A stretch of 64,000 nt of DNA from an uncultured Pseudomonadota bacterium (lineage in GTDB: Bacteria > Oederibacteriota > Muellerivitia > Muellerivitales > Muellerivitaceae): positions 256,001 through 320,000 of the forward strand of contig CAVYRH010000026.1 of NCBI GenBank assembly GCA_963770835.1, read 5' to 3'. Positions 1-12,200 of this stretch are shown piece by piece. Position numbers and translations under genes: made by a program. A model generated the notes under the pieces. The model was given only the letters and a program-made list of their open reading frames with translations. It did no database searches and was not told the origin of the DNA. Within the stretch, counting starts at the first letter, position 1; each line of letters opens with the position of its first letter.

Positions 1-61
1 CCTCCAGCGCAAGATGAAAAAGCACGGACTCAAGTCCGAGGATTTCCGGAATCTTTCCTAA
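1..61 (+). CDS. 3' end of an upstream gene, possibly the Fis-type HTH tail of a sigma-54-dependent (NtrC-family) regulator; partial
   Basis: The frame from nt 2 reads LQRKMKKHGLKSEDFRNLS* (TAA at 59-61), resembling the 'LxRKMKKxGL' end of Fis-HTH domains. Only 19 codons are visible. Confidence 0.4.
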   Translation, partial: LQRKMKKHGLKSEDFRNLS

Positions 62-246
62 AAAGGCAGTTTGCAGCTGCTTCTTGACGCTTCCACAGCA
101 CCGTTTTAAACTGCCACTCGCTTGGCTTGACGGTGAGTTTTTAGTCCGGCTTTATGACTCAAGTCATATTCCCCCCCTCTGAAGGGGGCTTTCATTGACT
201 CTGCTTTTCGAATTCCATCTTCAAATTTCATGCAAGGGAGTCCCCT

Positions 247-1506
247 GTGTCCTACAGCTACCAAAACGTGAAGCCGCCCAAGGGAGAAAAAGTCACGATC
301 CAGAACGGGGTCTTGAAGGTTCCCGACAACCCAATCCTTCCCTTTATCGAAGGCGACGGCACGGGACCGGACATCTGGCGGGCCTCCGTTCGCATCTTCG
401 ACGCGGCGGTGGAGAAAGCCTATAAAGGAAAGAAGAAAATTTCCTGGTTCGAGGTTTACGCCGGCCAGACGGCCTTCGACAAGTTCCAAAACTGGCTCCC
501 GGACGACACGGTGGAGGCCTTCAAGGAATACCTGGTGGGCATCAAGGGCCCTTTGACAACGCCCGTGGGCGGCGGCATCCGCTCCCTCAACGTAGCCCTG
601 CGCCAGATGCTGGACCTCTACGTTTGCCTGAGGCCCGTGCGCTATTTCACGGGCGTGCCCTCACCGGTCAAACACCCCGAGAAGGTGGATATGGTTATCT
701 TCCGCGAGAACACCGAGGACATCTACGCGGGCATCGAGTGGCAGGAGGGGACCCCCGAATCCAAGAAGGTCATCGAATGGCTCCAGAAGGAAATGGGGGT
801 CAAGAAAATCCGTTTCCCACAGACCTCCGGCATCGGCATCAAGCCCGTTTCCCGCGAGGGAACGGAACGGCTGGTGCGGGCGGCCATCCACTACGCTATT
901 ATCCACAAGCGCAAGAGCGTGAATTTCGTACACAAGGGCAACATCATGAAGTTCACCGAGGGCGCCTTCCGCGACTGGGGCTATGCCCTAGCTAAGAAGG
1001 AATTCGGGGCGGTCGAACTGGACGGTGGGCCCTGGTGCAAGATTCCCGAGGGGAAACCGGGCGCGGGCATCGTCATCAAGGACTCCATCGCGGACATCAC
1101 CCTGCAGCAAACCCTGACCCGCGCGGACGAATTCGACGTCATCGCCACTCTCAACCTGAACGGCGACTACCTTTCGGACGCCCTGGCGGCCCAAGTGGGC
1201 GGCATTGGAATCGCGCCCGGGGGGAACATCAATTACGTGTCGGGCCACGCGATTTTCGAGGCCACCCATGGCACAGCCCCCAAATATGCCAACCTGGACA
1301 AGGTGAACCCGGGTTCCGTGGTGCTCTCCGGTGTCATGATGCTTGAGCATATGGGCTGGCAGGAAGCGGCGGACATGATCGTGAAGTCTTTGGAAAAAAC
1401 CATTTCTCAAAAAGTGGTCACTTACGATTTCGCGCGGTTGATGGAAGGGGCCAAGGAAGTGAAGTGCTCCGAATTCGCCACGGCGGTCATCGGGAACATG
1501 GCCTAA
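247..1506 (+). CDS. icd: NADP-dependent isocitrate dehydrogenase (E. coli-type dimeric)
   Basis: Motifs [108 protein letters not shown] before a GTG start. Confidence 0.98.
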   Translation: MSYSYQNVKPPKGEKVTIQNGVLKVPDNPILPFIEGDGTGPDIWRASVRIFDAAVEKAYKGKKKISWFEVYAGQTAFDKFQNWLPDDTVEAFKEYLVGIKGPLTTPVGGGIRSLNVALRQMLDLYVCLRPVRYFTGVPSPVKHPEKVDMVIFRENTEDIYAGIEWQEGTPESKKVIEWLQKEMGVKKIRFPQTSGIGIKPVSREGTERLVRAAIHYAIIHKRKSVNFVHKGNIMKFTEGAFRDWGYALAKKEFGAVELDGGPWCKIPEGKPGAGIVIKDSIADITLQQTLTRADEFDVIATLNLNGDYLSDALAAQVGGIGIAPGGNINYVSGHAIFEATHGTAPKYANLDKVNPGSVVLSGVMMLEHMGWQEAADMIVKSLEKTISQKVVTYDFARLMEGAKEVKCSEFATAVIGNMA

Positions 1507-1517
1507 GCGTTTTAAAG

Positions 1518-1559
1518 AAACCCAGGACCACACCAGATGGTTCCGGGTTTTTCTTTTTT
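1518..1559 (+). terminator. Rho-independent terminator after icd
   Basis: Imperfect stem AAACCCAGGACCA / TGGTTCCGGGTTT followed by a T-rich tract, starting about 11 nt after the icd stop. Confidence 0.7.
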
Positions 1560-1769
1560 CGGAAAACTTTTTTTGAGAAAAAAGACCCGGATTCAGCTAT
1601 CACGAGAAACCCAACACTGAAAGCCCTTTAGTTTCATTTTGAAACCTTCCCCGGTTTCGGTTCCTTTTTCCGTTCCCGGGGGTGTCGAAAAAAATTCAGT
1701 GATACAATTTAAAAAAGAAGGATTTTTTTATTAGCCGCGAAAATCGTTTGCTGGAAAAGCGAAAAACCA

Positions 1770-3753
1770 ATGCGAATCCCATCCTTTCAATTGAACTTTC
1801 AGTGGTTTGTTTTTCTTCTTTTCCTGGGGAGCGCGAGTTTATGGGCTCCCGCGGCCCAAGCCCAAACCTCGAATTATTGCGACGGGCCCGGAACCAACCA
1901 TACGGTGAACATCGGTTCCTACAACGTCATAACCAATTATTGGAGCGGCAGCTGTAGCGGCACCCAATGTGTGACAATCAACGATTCCACGGGCGCCTTC
2001 GGCGTCACGGAGTACACGGGCACTGTCCCAACGTCGGCAGCTATCCCGCGATTTATTACGGCTGCCATTACGGCAACTGCAGTTCCGGAACCAACCTACC
2101 CATGCTGGTCAGCAACCTCACCTGCGTCACCTCCAGCTGGAACTTCACGCCCACTACCACCGGCCAGTATGACATCGCCTATGACATCTGGTTTTCCACG
2201 ACCACCAACACCAGCGGGGGCTACGCGGGCGGGGCGGAGCTGATGATCTGGCTCAACACCACCGGCAACCCAGGGCCGGCCGGGACGCTGCAAGCCTCCA
2301 ACGTCTCCATCGACGGATATACTTTCAACGTCTGGGAAGGCAATATCGGCTGGAATTATATCGCTTACGTCATCAACGCCAACGTCACCTCGGTCACCAA
2401 CCTGAACATCCTGAATTTCATCAACGACTCGGTTTCGCGGGGTTACATCAACTCCGGTTGGTACCTGGCGGCCATTGAGGCGGGCATCGAGCTCCGGTAC
2501 CAGGGTGTGCCCTATACCAGCAATTCCTTCTCCGCTGCTGTCAATGGTGGCTGTTCCAGCGCCGCGACGCCGACTTTCACCTCAACCCCAACTTCCACCG
2601 CAACCGGTACCCCCACCTCGACCCGTACTTCTACTCCCACGGCCACCTTAACTACTACACCCACTAAAACAGCCACTTTAACCCCTTCTAGCACTCCCAC
2701 CCCCACGGCAACGAATTCCACAACCCGAACTCCTACCTTAACACCCACGAATTCGGCGACCTCCACGCCGTCCTTTACCGCCACATCGACGCTTAGTTCA
2801 ACGGCCACTTCAACGGCGACGAACAGTCCCACCCGCACGGCCACCGCAACAGCCACGCCCACGGGAGCCAATACCTCTACCTCAACGGCCACCTCTACGC
2901 CCACCAGTTCCGCGACCCGAACGGCCACTTCAACGGCAACGGGTACCCCGACCCAAACCACCACCCCAAGTCCCACCAAAACCACAACAGCCACACCCAC
3001 GAATTCAACAACCTCGACCCCGTCGGCCACCGCGACGTCTTCCCGACATCCACCACCACTTCCACGGCCACCCCCAGCGCCACCGACAGTGGGACCGCAA
3101 CCCCGACTTCCACGGGAACTTTGAGCCCTTCCATGACACCCACCCTGACCCCGACGGAAACCTCGACTTCGACGGCAACCTTTACCGCCACGAAAACGGT
3201 GACTTCCTCCGCGACATCCACGGCCAGCACTACCGCCACCCTTACGGAAACCCAAACGCCCACCCTGACCGCCACGGACACCGCCAGCTTCACCGCAACA
3301 AATACTCCGATCAGCTCCTCAACTCCCACGGCAACCGCTACCTTCTCACCTACCCGCAGTGCAACTCCCACCGCGACCACCACTCCCACGAATACCAATA
3401 TCAATACGGTCACGCCGACGGCCTCCATGACGCCCACGCCCCCAGCTTCACCCAGTGCCACTCCGTCGGGTCAGGCCACTGTGATCGTGTTCCCGAACCC
3501 GATATTCGGTCAGGGGCCGGTGACTTTGCGACTGACGCTGACTGCGCAGGCCAACCAAGTCGTCATCAGCGTCTATACGACCGCCTTCCGCATGGTCAAC
3601 CGGATCACCGAAGTGAACCTGCCTCAGGGAACCACCGAAATCGCCATTCCCCTGACAGACAAATCAGGCGCGCCGCTGGCCAATGGGCTTTATTACATTG
3701 TGGTAAGGACGCCCCAAAACCGGTTCCTCTTAAAACTCCTCGTGCTCCGCTAG
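1770..3753 (+). pseudogene. Secreted GH12 endoglucanase with Thr-rich linker and T9SS-like CTD, split by two single-base frameshifts (possibly sequencing errors)
   Basis: Signal peptide in ORF 1770; GH12 motifs SYPAIYYGCHYG, YDIAYDIWF, GAELMIWLN, AIEAGIE in ORF 1967; CTD (FPNP...LANGLYY...KLLVLR) in ORF 3121. Frames join by adding one base near 2022 and one C near 3043. Confidence 0.85.
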
Positions 3754-3811
3754 AATTCGGCGAAGGTTAGCTTTTAAACGGGAAGGAATCCGGTTTAAAC
3801 TAGTTCTTCCT

Positions 3812-6298
3812 ATGCAAAAGATATGTCCCAAAACCTTCCACCGGGGAATCTTTCCGGATTTTCGTTTTCTGGCGGCAATGGCTCTCTTGCTGGTAAATTC
3901 CCACTCCGTTTGGGCGGCGGGAAGACAGCAGTTGAAGGGCCATGTTCCCCCCGCGATTGCCACCTCCCCCAAAGTCCGGCCCGTTGAGGATGCGACAAGG
4001 CTGAGGCTGGCCATTGGCCTGCCCTTGAGGGACACGGACGGCCTCCAGGAGTTCCTGAAGGAACTTTATGACCCCCATAGTTTTCATTACCGCCAATACC
4101 TGACGCCGGACCAGTTCGCCGAAAGGTTCGGGCCATCGCCTGAGGACTACCAGGTCGTCCTCCAATTCGCCCAATCCAATAACTTGAAAGTGGAGGTCAC
4201 CTATTCCCACCGGCTGTTGCTGGACGTCAGCGGAAGGGCGGCCGACATCGCCAAGGTTTTCCACGTGCACTTGGATTATTACCGGCGGCCGGATGGAAGC
4301 GTGTTTTACGCCCCGGACCGGGAGCCTTCGGTGGACCTGGACGTGCCCTTGCTGCATGTTTCCGGCCTTGAAAACTTCCACCGGCCCTGGCCCAAGTTGA
4401 GGAAAGGCCATGGGGGCCGGGCCAAGGGGGGGACCGCGCCTCCCTCAAACTGCGATGGTTGCTACCAAGGACGGGACTTCCGCGATGCCTATGTCCCCAA
4501 CGTCCCCGCCACCGTCAACGGGGCGGGGCAGTCGGTGGCCCTGCTGGAGTTCGACGGCTTTTTCCAGTCGGACATTTCCACCTACGAAAGCACCTCCAAC
4601 CCTTCCTTTACGGCCCCCACTCCCGTAACCGTCCTGGTGGACGGTGCCACAGGAACGCCTTCTTCCGAAGGGGTCACCAATGGAAACGACGACGAAGTCT
4701 CCCTGGACATTGAAATGGTGCTTTCCATGGCCCCGGGAGCCCAGGTGATGGTTTATGAGGTTCCCGCCACCATCTTCAACAACGGCACCCAGGCCCAATA
4801 CGACACCGCGGCGGATGATGTGCTCTCCACCATGGCGTCAAACCGGACCTGCTTCCAAATCAGCAGTTCCTGGGGCGGTTACGGGGATGCCAACACCGGC
4901 CCCCTCTTGAGCGAATTGGCCGCCCAGGGGCAGGCCTATTTCGAAGCCGTCGGGGATGAGGGTTCCTTTGTCTCCAACGGCTTCCCAGGGGACTCCTGCC
5001 TCGCCCCGAATAACAGCGTGACGGATGATACCAGCCTCTACCAGAGCATTTATGAGACCCTGGTGGGGGGAACCGGATTATCCACTTCCTCCCCTTCGGG
5101 AAGCCCGCCGGTCATTACCTATTCCTCAGAAACGACCTGGAATGACGCTGCCCTGAACAACACCTATCGCCCCGACGATTTTTGTGGTCGGGGTTATCCA
5201 ACGGAGAACGCGGCGGGCGGTGGAGGGATCTGCACGAACGTCCTGGGCATTCCTTCTTATCAAACGCCCGTGCCCATGACGACCAATGGAGGTTCCACCC
5301 AGTGGCGGAACATGCCGGACGTTTCCATGGTGGCCTACAATGTTTACTTGGTTTCGGAAGAGGGAGGTTACGAAGGGCCTGAGGAGGGCACCAGCTGCGC
5401 TTCGCCCCTTTGGGCCGCTTACTGGGCATTGTGCAACCAGCAAGCCCGGACCCAGAAGTCAGAGTATATCGGTTCGGCCAATCCCGCTCTTTATCCCATT
5501 GGCCTGAGTTCGAATTATGCTAGCGATTTCCACGACATCAGCGATGGCAGTGACAATTTCTTCTATTGGCCGACCCCCGGACCCTACAAGGCGGTTTCGG
5601 GTTACGACCTGGCCACGGGCTGGGGAAGCCCCAACGGCCAGGGACTCCTCAACGCCCTAGTGGGCAACGTTCCTACCATCACCCCCACGCCTTGCGGCTG
5701 GCCCGGCAATACCTGCACCTTTACCCCGACCTTCACGCGGACTCGCACTTTCACCCCCACCAATACCCCAACCCCGACGCCAACGGATACGCCTTGCGGC
5801 TGGCCCAGCAACACCTGCACTTTTACCTCCACCTTTACCCCGACTTCCACGCCGACCGTTACGGACAGCTTCACCCCCACCTTTACGCCGACGGTCACCG
5901 ACACCTTCACGCCTACTTCCACGCCGACGGCCAGTTTCACCCACACCAACAGTTTTACCCCCACGCTCACTCCCACTCCCACACTGAGCTTCACGCCGAC
6001 GTCCACCCCCGTACCGGGTCCGGTCTTTTCCGCCATCGTTTGGCCCAACGTCACCAATGGAGGGAGTCCCGTTCAATTCGTGATTAATCTTATCAGCCCG
6101 GCGGAGATACAGCTTTCCATTTACGACTTGGCGGGGGAGGAGATTTACGCGACTTCGGCCCAGGGACCCATCGGTTGGAGCGTGATCCCTTGGCCTGTCC
6201 AGAACCAAGCCGGCACCTCCCTGGCCAGCGGCCTCTACATTTATTGCGTTCAGGCGGGAGGCAATAAAAAGCTGGGGAAGATATGCGTGCGCCACTGA
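3812..6298 (+). CDS. S53 (sedolisin/kumamolisin) serine peptidase with pro-domain, Thr/Pro linker and CTD-like tail
   Basis: Pro-domain YRQYLTPDQFAERFGP, catalytic EVSLDIE, oxyanion VGDEG, PDVS, catalytic GTSCASPLWA, and the C-terminal GYDLATGWGSP motif. Tail WPN...LASGLYIY. Confidence 0.92.
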   Translation: MQKICPKTFHRGIFPDFRFLAAMALLLVNSHSVWAAGRQQLKGHVPPAIATSPKVRPVEDATRLRLAIGLPLRDTDGLQEFLKELYDPHSFHYRQYLTPDQFAERFGPSPEDYQVVLQFAQSNNLKVEVTYSHRLLLDVSGRAADIAKVFHVHLDYYRRPDGSVFYAPDREPSVDLDVPLLHVSGLENFHRPWPKLRKGHGGRAKGGTAPPSNCDGCYQGRDFRDAYVPNVPATVNGAGQSVALLEFDGFFQSDISTYESTSNPSFTAPTPVTVLVDGATGTPSSEGVTNGNDDEVSLDIEMVLSMAPGAQVMVYEVPATIFNNGTQAQYDTAADDVLSTMASNRTCFQISSSWGGYGDANTGPLLSELAAQGQAYFEAVGDEGSFVSNGFPGDSCLAPNNSVTDDTSLYQSIYETLVGGTGLSTSSPSGSPPVITYSSETTWNDAALNNTYRPDDFCGRGYPTENAAGGGGICTNVLGIPSYQTPVPMTTNGGSTQWRNMPDVSMVAYNVYLVSEEGGYEGPEEGTSCASPLWAAYWALCNQQARTQKSEYIGSANPALYPIGLSSNYASDFHDISDGSDNFFYWPTPGPYKAVSGYDLATGWGSPNGQGLLNALVGNVPTITPTPCGWPGNTCTFTPTFTRTRTFTPTNTPTPTPTDTPCGWPSNTCTFTSTFTPTSTPTVTDSFTPTFTPTVTDTFTPTSTPTASFTHTNSFTPTLTPTPTLSFTPTSTPVPGPVFSAIVWPNVTNGGSPVQFVINLISPAEIQLSIYDLAGEEIYATSAQGPIGWSVIPWPVQNQAGTSLASGLYIYCVQAGGNKKLGKICVRH

Positions 6299-6321
6299 TG
6301 AAGGAACTTGGCTAAGGGTTT

Positions 6322-7983
6322 TTATTGTTCAGGGTTTAACTGCGCGTAGCCCCGGTGCTGTTGAAAGGGAACCGAAGGTAAAAAATCCCCCTCGGCGCCT
6401 GACGCAGGCTTGCCCGGAAACTCAAAATAATACCAAGTGTCGTTGATCTTGCCGGAGGGCGTGGCCTGGCTGAGCCAACCGGTCGCGATCTCCATCGTTT
6501 CTGGATAAAAGACCGGGGCCAATTGGAAGAAACTGGCGTTCACCGCGTAAATCTCCCCCGGCTGTGGGCCCTTCCATAAGTCCTTCTGCCTCCAGGGTTC
6601 CCAAAGAAGACCGTAAGCGGATGGATCCACCCCGCCCAAGTAAGCCAGCTTCACCCTTTTCCACCCCTTCTGTTTCGCGGTTTGGGCGAGTCGGCCCAAA
6701 TCCTGGCTGATGTCCAAATTAGAATCCCCCAGCCAGAAAAATTTCCTCTCCGGCGCCACGAGCTCGTTGAAATAACTTACGGCGTGGGGAAAGTTCAGTC
6801 CCATGCTTACTACCTGGAAAAGGGCCAAGCCGACGAGTGGTATTTTCCAAAGCGGTTTCTTTTTGGTTTTTTCCCAGAACCATCCGGCGGCATGGGAAGC
6901 CACCAGGATGAAAAAGGGGTAAGCGGGCAGGAGATAACGGATTCCCAGATCCTGGGTCGGCATGATGGCAGCAAAAAAAACAACTCCTGGCAACCCTTGC
7001 CAAAGAGGGCGGTTCATTTTCCGAAAAACCACCAGGGAAAAGCCCGCGATCAAAAGAGCCAGAAAGGGCAGCGGATTTTTCAAAAGGAAAGCCGTGGGGA
7101 AATAGGCCCAATAATTTTCCCGGCCCACCCGGCCCATGAAATAAGCCGCATGGCCTTTGTAACCGGCCATTTCCTGGAAACCATCCCAGAAATAACGGAA
7201 GGACGAAAGGCGGCCGGGAAGGCAAAGGGTGCCGGGCAAGTACAGCAGGAATACCCAAAGGCCGAAGCCTGCGGCACCCCAAAGCCATCTTTTGAAATTT
7301 TCAGCGCCGAGACGCCAAGACGCCAAGAAAAGCTTTAATTCAAACCGAGAAGTGAAAAAATCTAGGATAAAAAAAACGGGAATCAAAACCAAAGCCGAAA
7401 ATTTGCAGGTCACCGCCATACCGCAAAGGACTCCGGCGAGAAGCGCAGATTTCCAGGATTTGTCTTCCTGAGACCGTTTAAAGGCGAGGACGGCTGCGAA
7501 AAAGAAAAAGGTTACAGGCACGTCGGCCACGGCCAGTCCGGAAAAAGCCGAAAGAGTGGGGTCGAAGGCCCAGAGGCCCAGGGCGAAGAGTAGGACCGGT
7601 AAAGATTCTTTTCGGGTGACTCCCCAAAGCAAAAAACCGATACCCAAACCCAGGATGAGGGAGGACAGACGCCCCCCCGTGGTTATGGCCCCCAATTGTC
7701 CGACGTTGTCCTTGAAGAAGAATTGGTAGGCCCGGTCCATGGCGTCGGTAGAATCTTGTGATTCTTTCAAATGGAGGGCCAGCAAGGGAAGGGCCTCAAG
7801 GGCCTTGGAGAAGGGCGGGTGTTTGGCGTGGGAAAGAACGTCGCCATGGGTCAAATAAAAAAAGCCGTTGGTGATTTCCATTGGCTCGTCATTGGTCAGC
7901 GAGTCACCCCAAAAGCGGGGGATGATTTGGACGGCGAACAAAGCCGAGAAAAGGAAAAGCCAAAGGGGCGAGTGGGGTTTCAT
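6322..7983 (-). CDS. Polytopic membrane glycosyltransferase, GT-C fold (ArnT/PMT_2, GT39/GT83-like)
   Basis: N-terminal TM then TNDEP, HPPFSK, CKFSAL, IRYLLPAYPF and DSNLD motifs, with many hydrophobic segments. Confidence 0.8.
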   Translation of the reverse strand: MKPHSPLWLFLFSALFAVQIIPRFWGDSLTNDEPMEITNGFFYLTHGDVLSHAKHPPFSKALEALPLLALHLKESQDSTDAMDRAYQFFFKDNVGQLGAITTGGRLSSLILGLGIGFLLWGVTRKESLPVLLFALGLWAFDPTLSAFSGLAVADVPVTFFFFAAVLAFKRSQEDKSWKSALLAGVLCGMAVTCKFSALVLIPVFFILDFFTSRFELKLFLASWRLGAENFKRWLWGAAGFGLWVFLLYLPGTLCLPGRLSSFRYFWDGFQEMAGYKGHAAYFMGRVGRENYWAYFPTAFLLKNPLPFLALLIAGFSLVVFRKMNRPLWQGLPGVVFFAAIMPTQDLGIRYLLPAYPFFILVASHAAGWFWEKTKKKPLWKIPLVGLALFQVVSMGLNFPHAVSYFNELVAPERKFFWLGDSNLDISQDLGRLAQTAKQKGWKRVKLAYLGGVDPSAYGLLWEPWRQKDLWKGPQPGEIYAVNASFFQLAPVFYPETMEIATGWLSQATPSGKINDTWYYFEFPGKPASGAEGDFLPSVPFQQHRGYAQLNPEQ

Positions 7984-8084
7984 GACCTCAATTTAATCGT
8001 GTTTAAGGGGTGGACGAGATATAAAAACAGGGTTCCAAGGCACCCAACATGTTGGGTGCCTTGGAGGTTAAACCGTCGATTAGA

Positions 8085-8792
8085 CTACCACTTCAGTTCC
8101 TTACCATCGTTGTAGAGGAAAAGGGAAGTCTGCTTAAGCGTCAGGCCCTTGAGGGTTTGGGCGATGGCGGCGGCGGACTCTTCCGGTTTCAGAGGGGCAT
8201 TGGGGCCACCCATGTCGGTTTGAACCCAGCCCGGGTCCAGGCACACGACAACCACCTTGTCCTCCTGCAGGTCGAAGGCCATGGTGCGGGTCAGCATGTT
8301 CAAGGCCGCCTTGGAAGCCCCATAGGCGTAAAAGGCCCCTTCGCTTTTACCCGAAAGGGAAGCCAGCCCGGAAGTCATGTTCACGATCCGCGGATTTTTG
8401 GATTTTTTCACCAGGGACAGGAAGGCCTGGGACACCCGCAAGGGCCCCAGCGTGTTGACCTCATAGGCTTCCCTCATGATGGGCATCTGCACTTTCTCCA
8501 AGGGCGCGTTGTAGGGTTGGGGTTGGATACCGGCGTTATTAAAAAGAATGTCGAGGTGGTCGGTCTTTTTGGCCACTTCAGCAGCTGCGGCGCGGACGGA
8601 ATCGTCCGAATCGGCCTCCAGTGGCACCAGTTCCAGGGCTTCCCCGTGGGTCTTCTTCAGCATTTTCAGTTCTTCCGCTTTTTGGGGCTGACGGCAGGCG
8701 GCAAAAACCTTGTCGCCCTGGCTTAAAAGGATTTTCGTGACGGCCAAACCGATTCCACGATTGGCTCCGGTGATCAGAAATGTCTCAGGCAT
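8085..8792 (-). CDS. Short-chain dehydrogenase/reductase (CsgA/C-factor-like SDR)
   Basis: ITGANRGIG, NNAGI, YGASKAALNM (YxxxK), DPGWVQTDMGG. Confidence 0.93.
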   Translation of the reverse strand: MPETFLITGANRGIGLAVTKILLSQGDKVFAACRQPQKAEELKMLKKTHGEALELVPLEADSDDSVRAAAAEVAKKTDHLDILFNNAGIQPQPYNAPLEKVQMPIMREAYEVNTLGPLRVSQAFLSLVKKSKNPRIVNMTSGLASLSGKSEGAFYAYGASKAALNMLTRTMAFDLQEDKVVVVCLDPGWVQTDMGGPNAPLKPEESAAAIAQTLKGLTLKQTSLFLYNDGKELKW

Positions 8793-9234
8793 GGCAAACC
8801 TCTCAAAGGGATTTACAACCGACAGGCTTTAGTAGCTGGGAAATGATAATGGAGGATAGGAAAGGTCTCGATACTTTTTGCTGGAGGATAGTCCCTTAAG
8901 GAGGAGTTCTTTCCCGGCTGAGGTAGGGCTGGATCTTGAGATGGTTCCATAAAAACGCTTCGATGGTTGATTTAACGGAAAAGCATTTTGAGCATTTTCA
9001 GAGTTGATATGTCAAAATGGCCGTTTTGGAACTCGAAATTTGGTCAAAAGCTAATGAAAGTAGTACAATTTCAAGGTACCTCTATTTTGGTTGGAGCCAA
9101 AAAGCGTATTTATGAAAACGTCACTAAAAACGATTTTCACCCATTTTCCTATCAAACTCGGCGATCCATTTTCGCCACTTTTTCATGAAAGCCCATTTTG
9201 GGGCTTTTCATTGATGGTGTTTTTGGAGAAAAAA

Positions 9235-12200
9235 TTGAACCGGTTGAAATTTTTTTATCTTCTTCTGGTTCTCTTTGCTTCGCCGCTCTTAGCCGCCCCG
9301 CCTGCCCTCCAAGTTTCCGGAAACAAGGTCCAAACGAGTAGCGGTTGTTCTGTGCTTTTAAAGGGTGTGGATGTGGACGGGTTGGAGTTCTCCAGCACCG
9401 GTGAAGGCCCCACTGGAGGTAACGGAGGAAACACGGTGGCTGTAGCCGGGGAAGCCATTACGGCTTGGAAATCAAACATCATCCGCCTGCCGATGAACCA
9501 GGACTATTGGTTTGGTTGCGAAGGCGGGGACACCAACGGGACCAATTATAGAAGCATCGTCAATAGCGTGGTCACTTTCTGTGCCAACAACAACGCTTAT
9601 GTGATCTTGGACTTGCATTGGTCCGGGGAATCCTCCACGGCCTCGGCCCCTTGCGGAAGCGGATGGGGGAACGACGCCAGCACCAAACAACAGCCCATGG
9701 CGGACGCCAACGCGATCACTTTTTGGAGTTCGGTGGCCGGTATTTACGCCAATAATTCGGCGGTTATTTTTGACCTTTATAACGAACCTTACGACTCGGG
9801 GAATGATAACTTAGGACCGCCCATCGTTACCGACACCGCCGGTTACAGCACCTGGCTGAACGGGGGTACGTTGGGAGGGGCGTCCTTTTCAACGCCGGGC
9901 ATGCAAAAGCTTCTCAACGCGGTGCGCTCCGCGGGTGCCGCCAACGTTTGCCTGCTCGGAGGCCTCCATTGGTGCGCCAACTTGAATGGCCTGCCGGCCT
10001 CCTCGGTTACCAATACGGGGAACGGTGTGATGTTTGCCGCCCATCTTTACGGGGACAACGACGGCACCGCAGCGGTCAGTTGGGACGCCGAAGTTCCAAG
10101 CTCGGTTTTATCGAGCTACCCGGTTTTCGTGGGAGAATATGGTCCCTCGACCAGCTGTAATACGGACAATTCGACCTTCGACAACAATATGTTCGCCTGG
10201 CTCACCGGGACATCAGGGATTGCGGGAGGAACGGCATGGTCCATGCACGACTCCTCCTGCCCCAACCTTCTTTCGGATTGGAACTTCGACACGACCAGTT
10301 GGGGGACGGCGGAAAAGAACTTCCTTGCAACGCCAGTTCCCACCTGCCCTTCGGGCGGTTCTCCCGTCCCCACGGCTACCCCGACCCATTCGCCCACGGC
10401 GACACCCACCACCGTTCCGCCCAGTATCACGCTGACGAAAACCACCGGCGGCCCCACTTCCGGCTACCTGGAAAACGGCACTGCGATTCCCATGACCATC
10501 ATGGTTTGTAACGCCACGGGGTCGGTGACGGCCAACAGCGTGACGGTGATCGATACGGTGACCAACCCTTTAAGCTGGTCCCAAGACGGGCCCAACTACA
10601 GCCAATGGACCGTGACGGAATCCGGCGTGCCGGTCACCATCAACCCCATGAATACCTCTGGCTTTCCCATTACTTGGGTTGTGAGCAACCTGCCGGGTGG
10701 AGCCTGCGTGCCCGTCAACTTCAATGTGATCGCCTATTCCTTTAATTCGAGCGATTCCTGCCAGGTGGTTAGCGACCATGGCACCGCCACTTGGGCAGGG
10801 GGTGGCCCGGCTACTAGTAACACTATTTCCATCACCATCGTTTGCAACACGGTTACTCCCACCCCTACCAACACGCCTCCAATCCCGACGAGCACCCCCA
10901 CTTCCACAGCTACTCTCACTCCTACGAATTCACCGACCAGCAGTCCCACATCCACAGCCACCTATACGGCGACAAAAACTACCACAGCAACTCCCACGAA
11001 TACCTCGTTGAACACGGCAACGAATACGGCGACCAAGACGGCTACGGTTACCGCCAGCAATACGGTTACGAATACCCCAACCACTACACCGTCCTATACT
11101 TCAACAGCCACGGCGACCAATACGGCCACATCAACAGCCACCAATACAGCGACGAAAACGGCTACCGCAACCGCCAGCAGCACCGCCACGAACACTTTGA
11201 CTGCTACACCATCAAGTACTCCAACGGCTACGGCGACCAATACGGCCACATCCACAACCACCAACACGCCGACCAAAACCGCAACCGCAACCGCCAGCAA
11301 TACCGCCACGAGCACAGCCACTCAAACATTGACAACTACCCCCTCAAATACGCCCACGGGTACCTTCACTAACAGTCCAACTTCTTCGCCCACGAATACC
11401 ACCACAAGAACTCCGACGGCTACGGCAACCAGTACTGCCACCAACACGGCATCTTCAACTCCAACCGCGACTGCGACAAATACTTTGATCAATACGCCGA
11501 CGGCAACGCCGACAAACACGGCTGCCGCGACGGGGACGCCTACGGATACACCTACGAGGACAGCTACTTCTACCGCCACCGGATCAGCCACCGCTAGTCC
11601 CACCATGACCGGCACCAATACGCCGACTGGAACAACCACGGCTACGTCCACGGCATCGGCGACAAACACGACTACCAAGACCTCAACAGCCACTACAACC
11701 AGCACACCTACCAATACGGCCTCTTCAACCCCAACGGCTACTGCCACCAATACCTTGATTAATTCCGCGACGCCTACCAATACGCCTACAAGAACAGCCA
11801 CCTCTACCGCCACCAGCACTGCGGCTAATACCCTGACCTTGACTCCTTCTAATTCGGCTACGGGTACCTCCACCAATAGCCTCACTTCCACGCCGACCAG
11901 TACCACCACCAAGACTCAAACGGCTACGGCGACCGGTACGGCTACCCCTACCGCTTCTTCAACCCCGACGGCTACAGCCACCAATACCTTGATTAATTCC
12001 GCAACGCCTACCGATACGCCGACCAATACGCCATCGAATACTCCCACGGGAACGCCTACTAGGACGGAGACCTCCACCGCCACTGGTACGGCCATAAGCA
12101 CTTCCACCAACAGTCCCAGTTCCACGCCGATTTCGACTACCACCAAGACTCAAACGGCCACCCCCACCGGTACAGCCACCACTACGGTTTCTTCAACCCC

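Noticed and set aside
186..9210. TGAAAGCCC 9-mer upstream of icd (reverse, 186-194), GH12 (1618-1626) and GH5 (9186-9194, in a hairpin)
   Set aside because: It is short, inconsistent in orientation and position, and could arise by chance.
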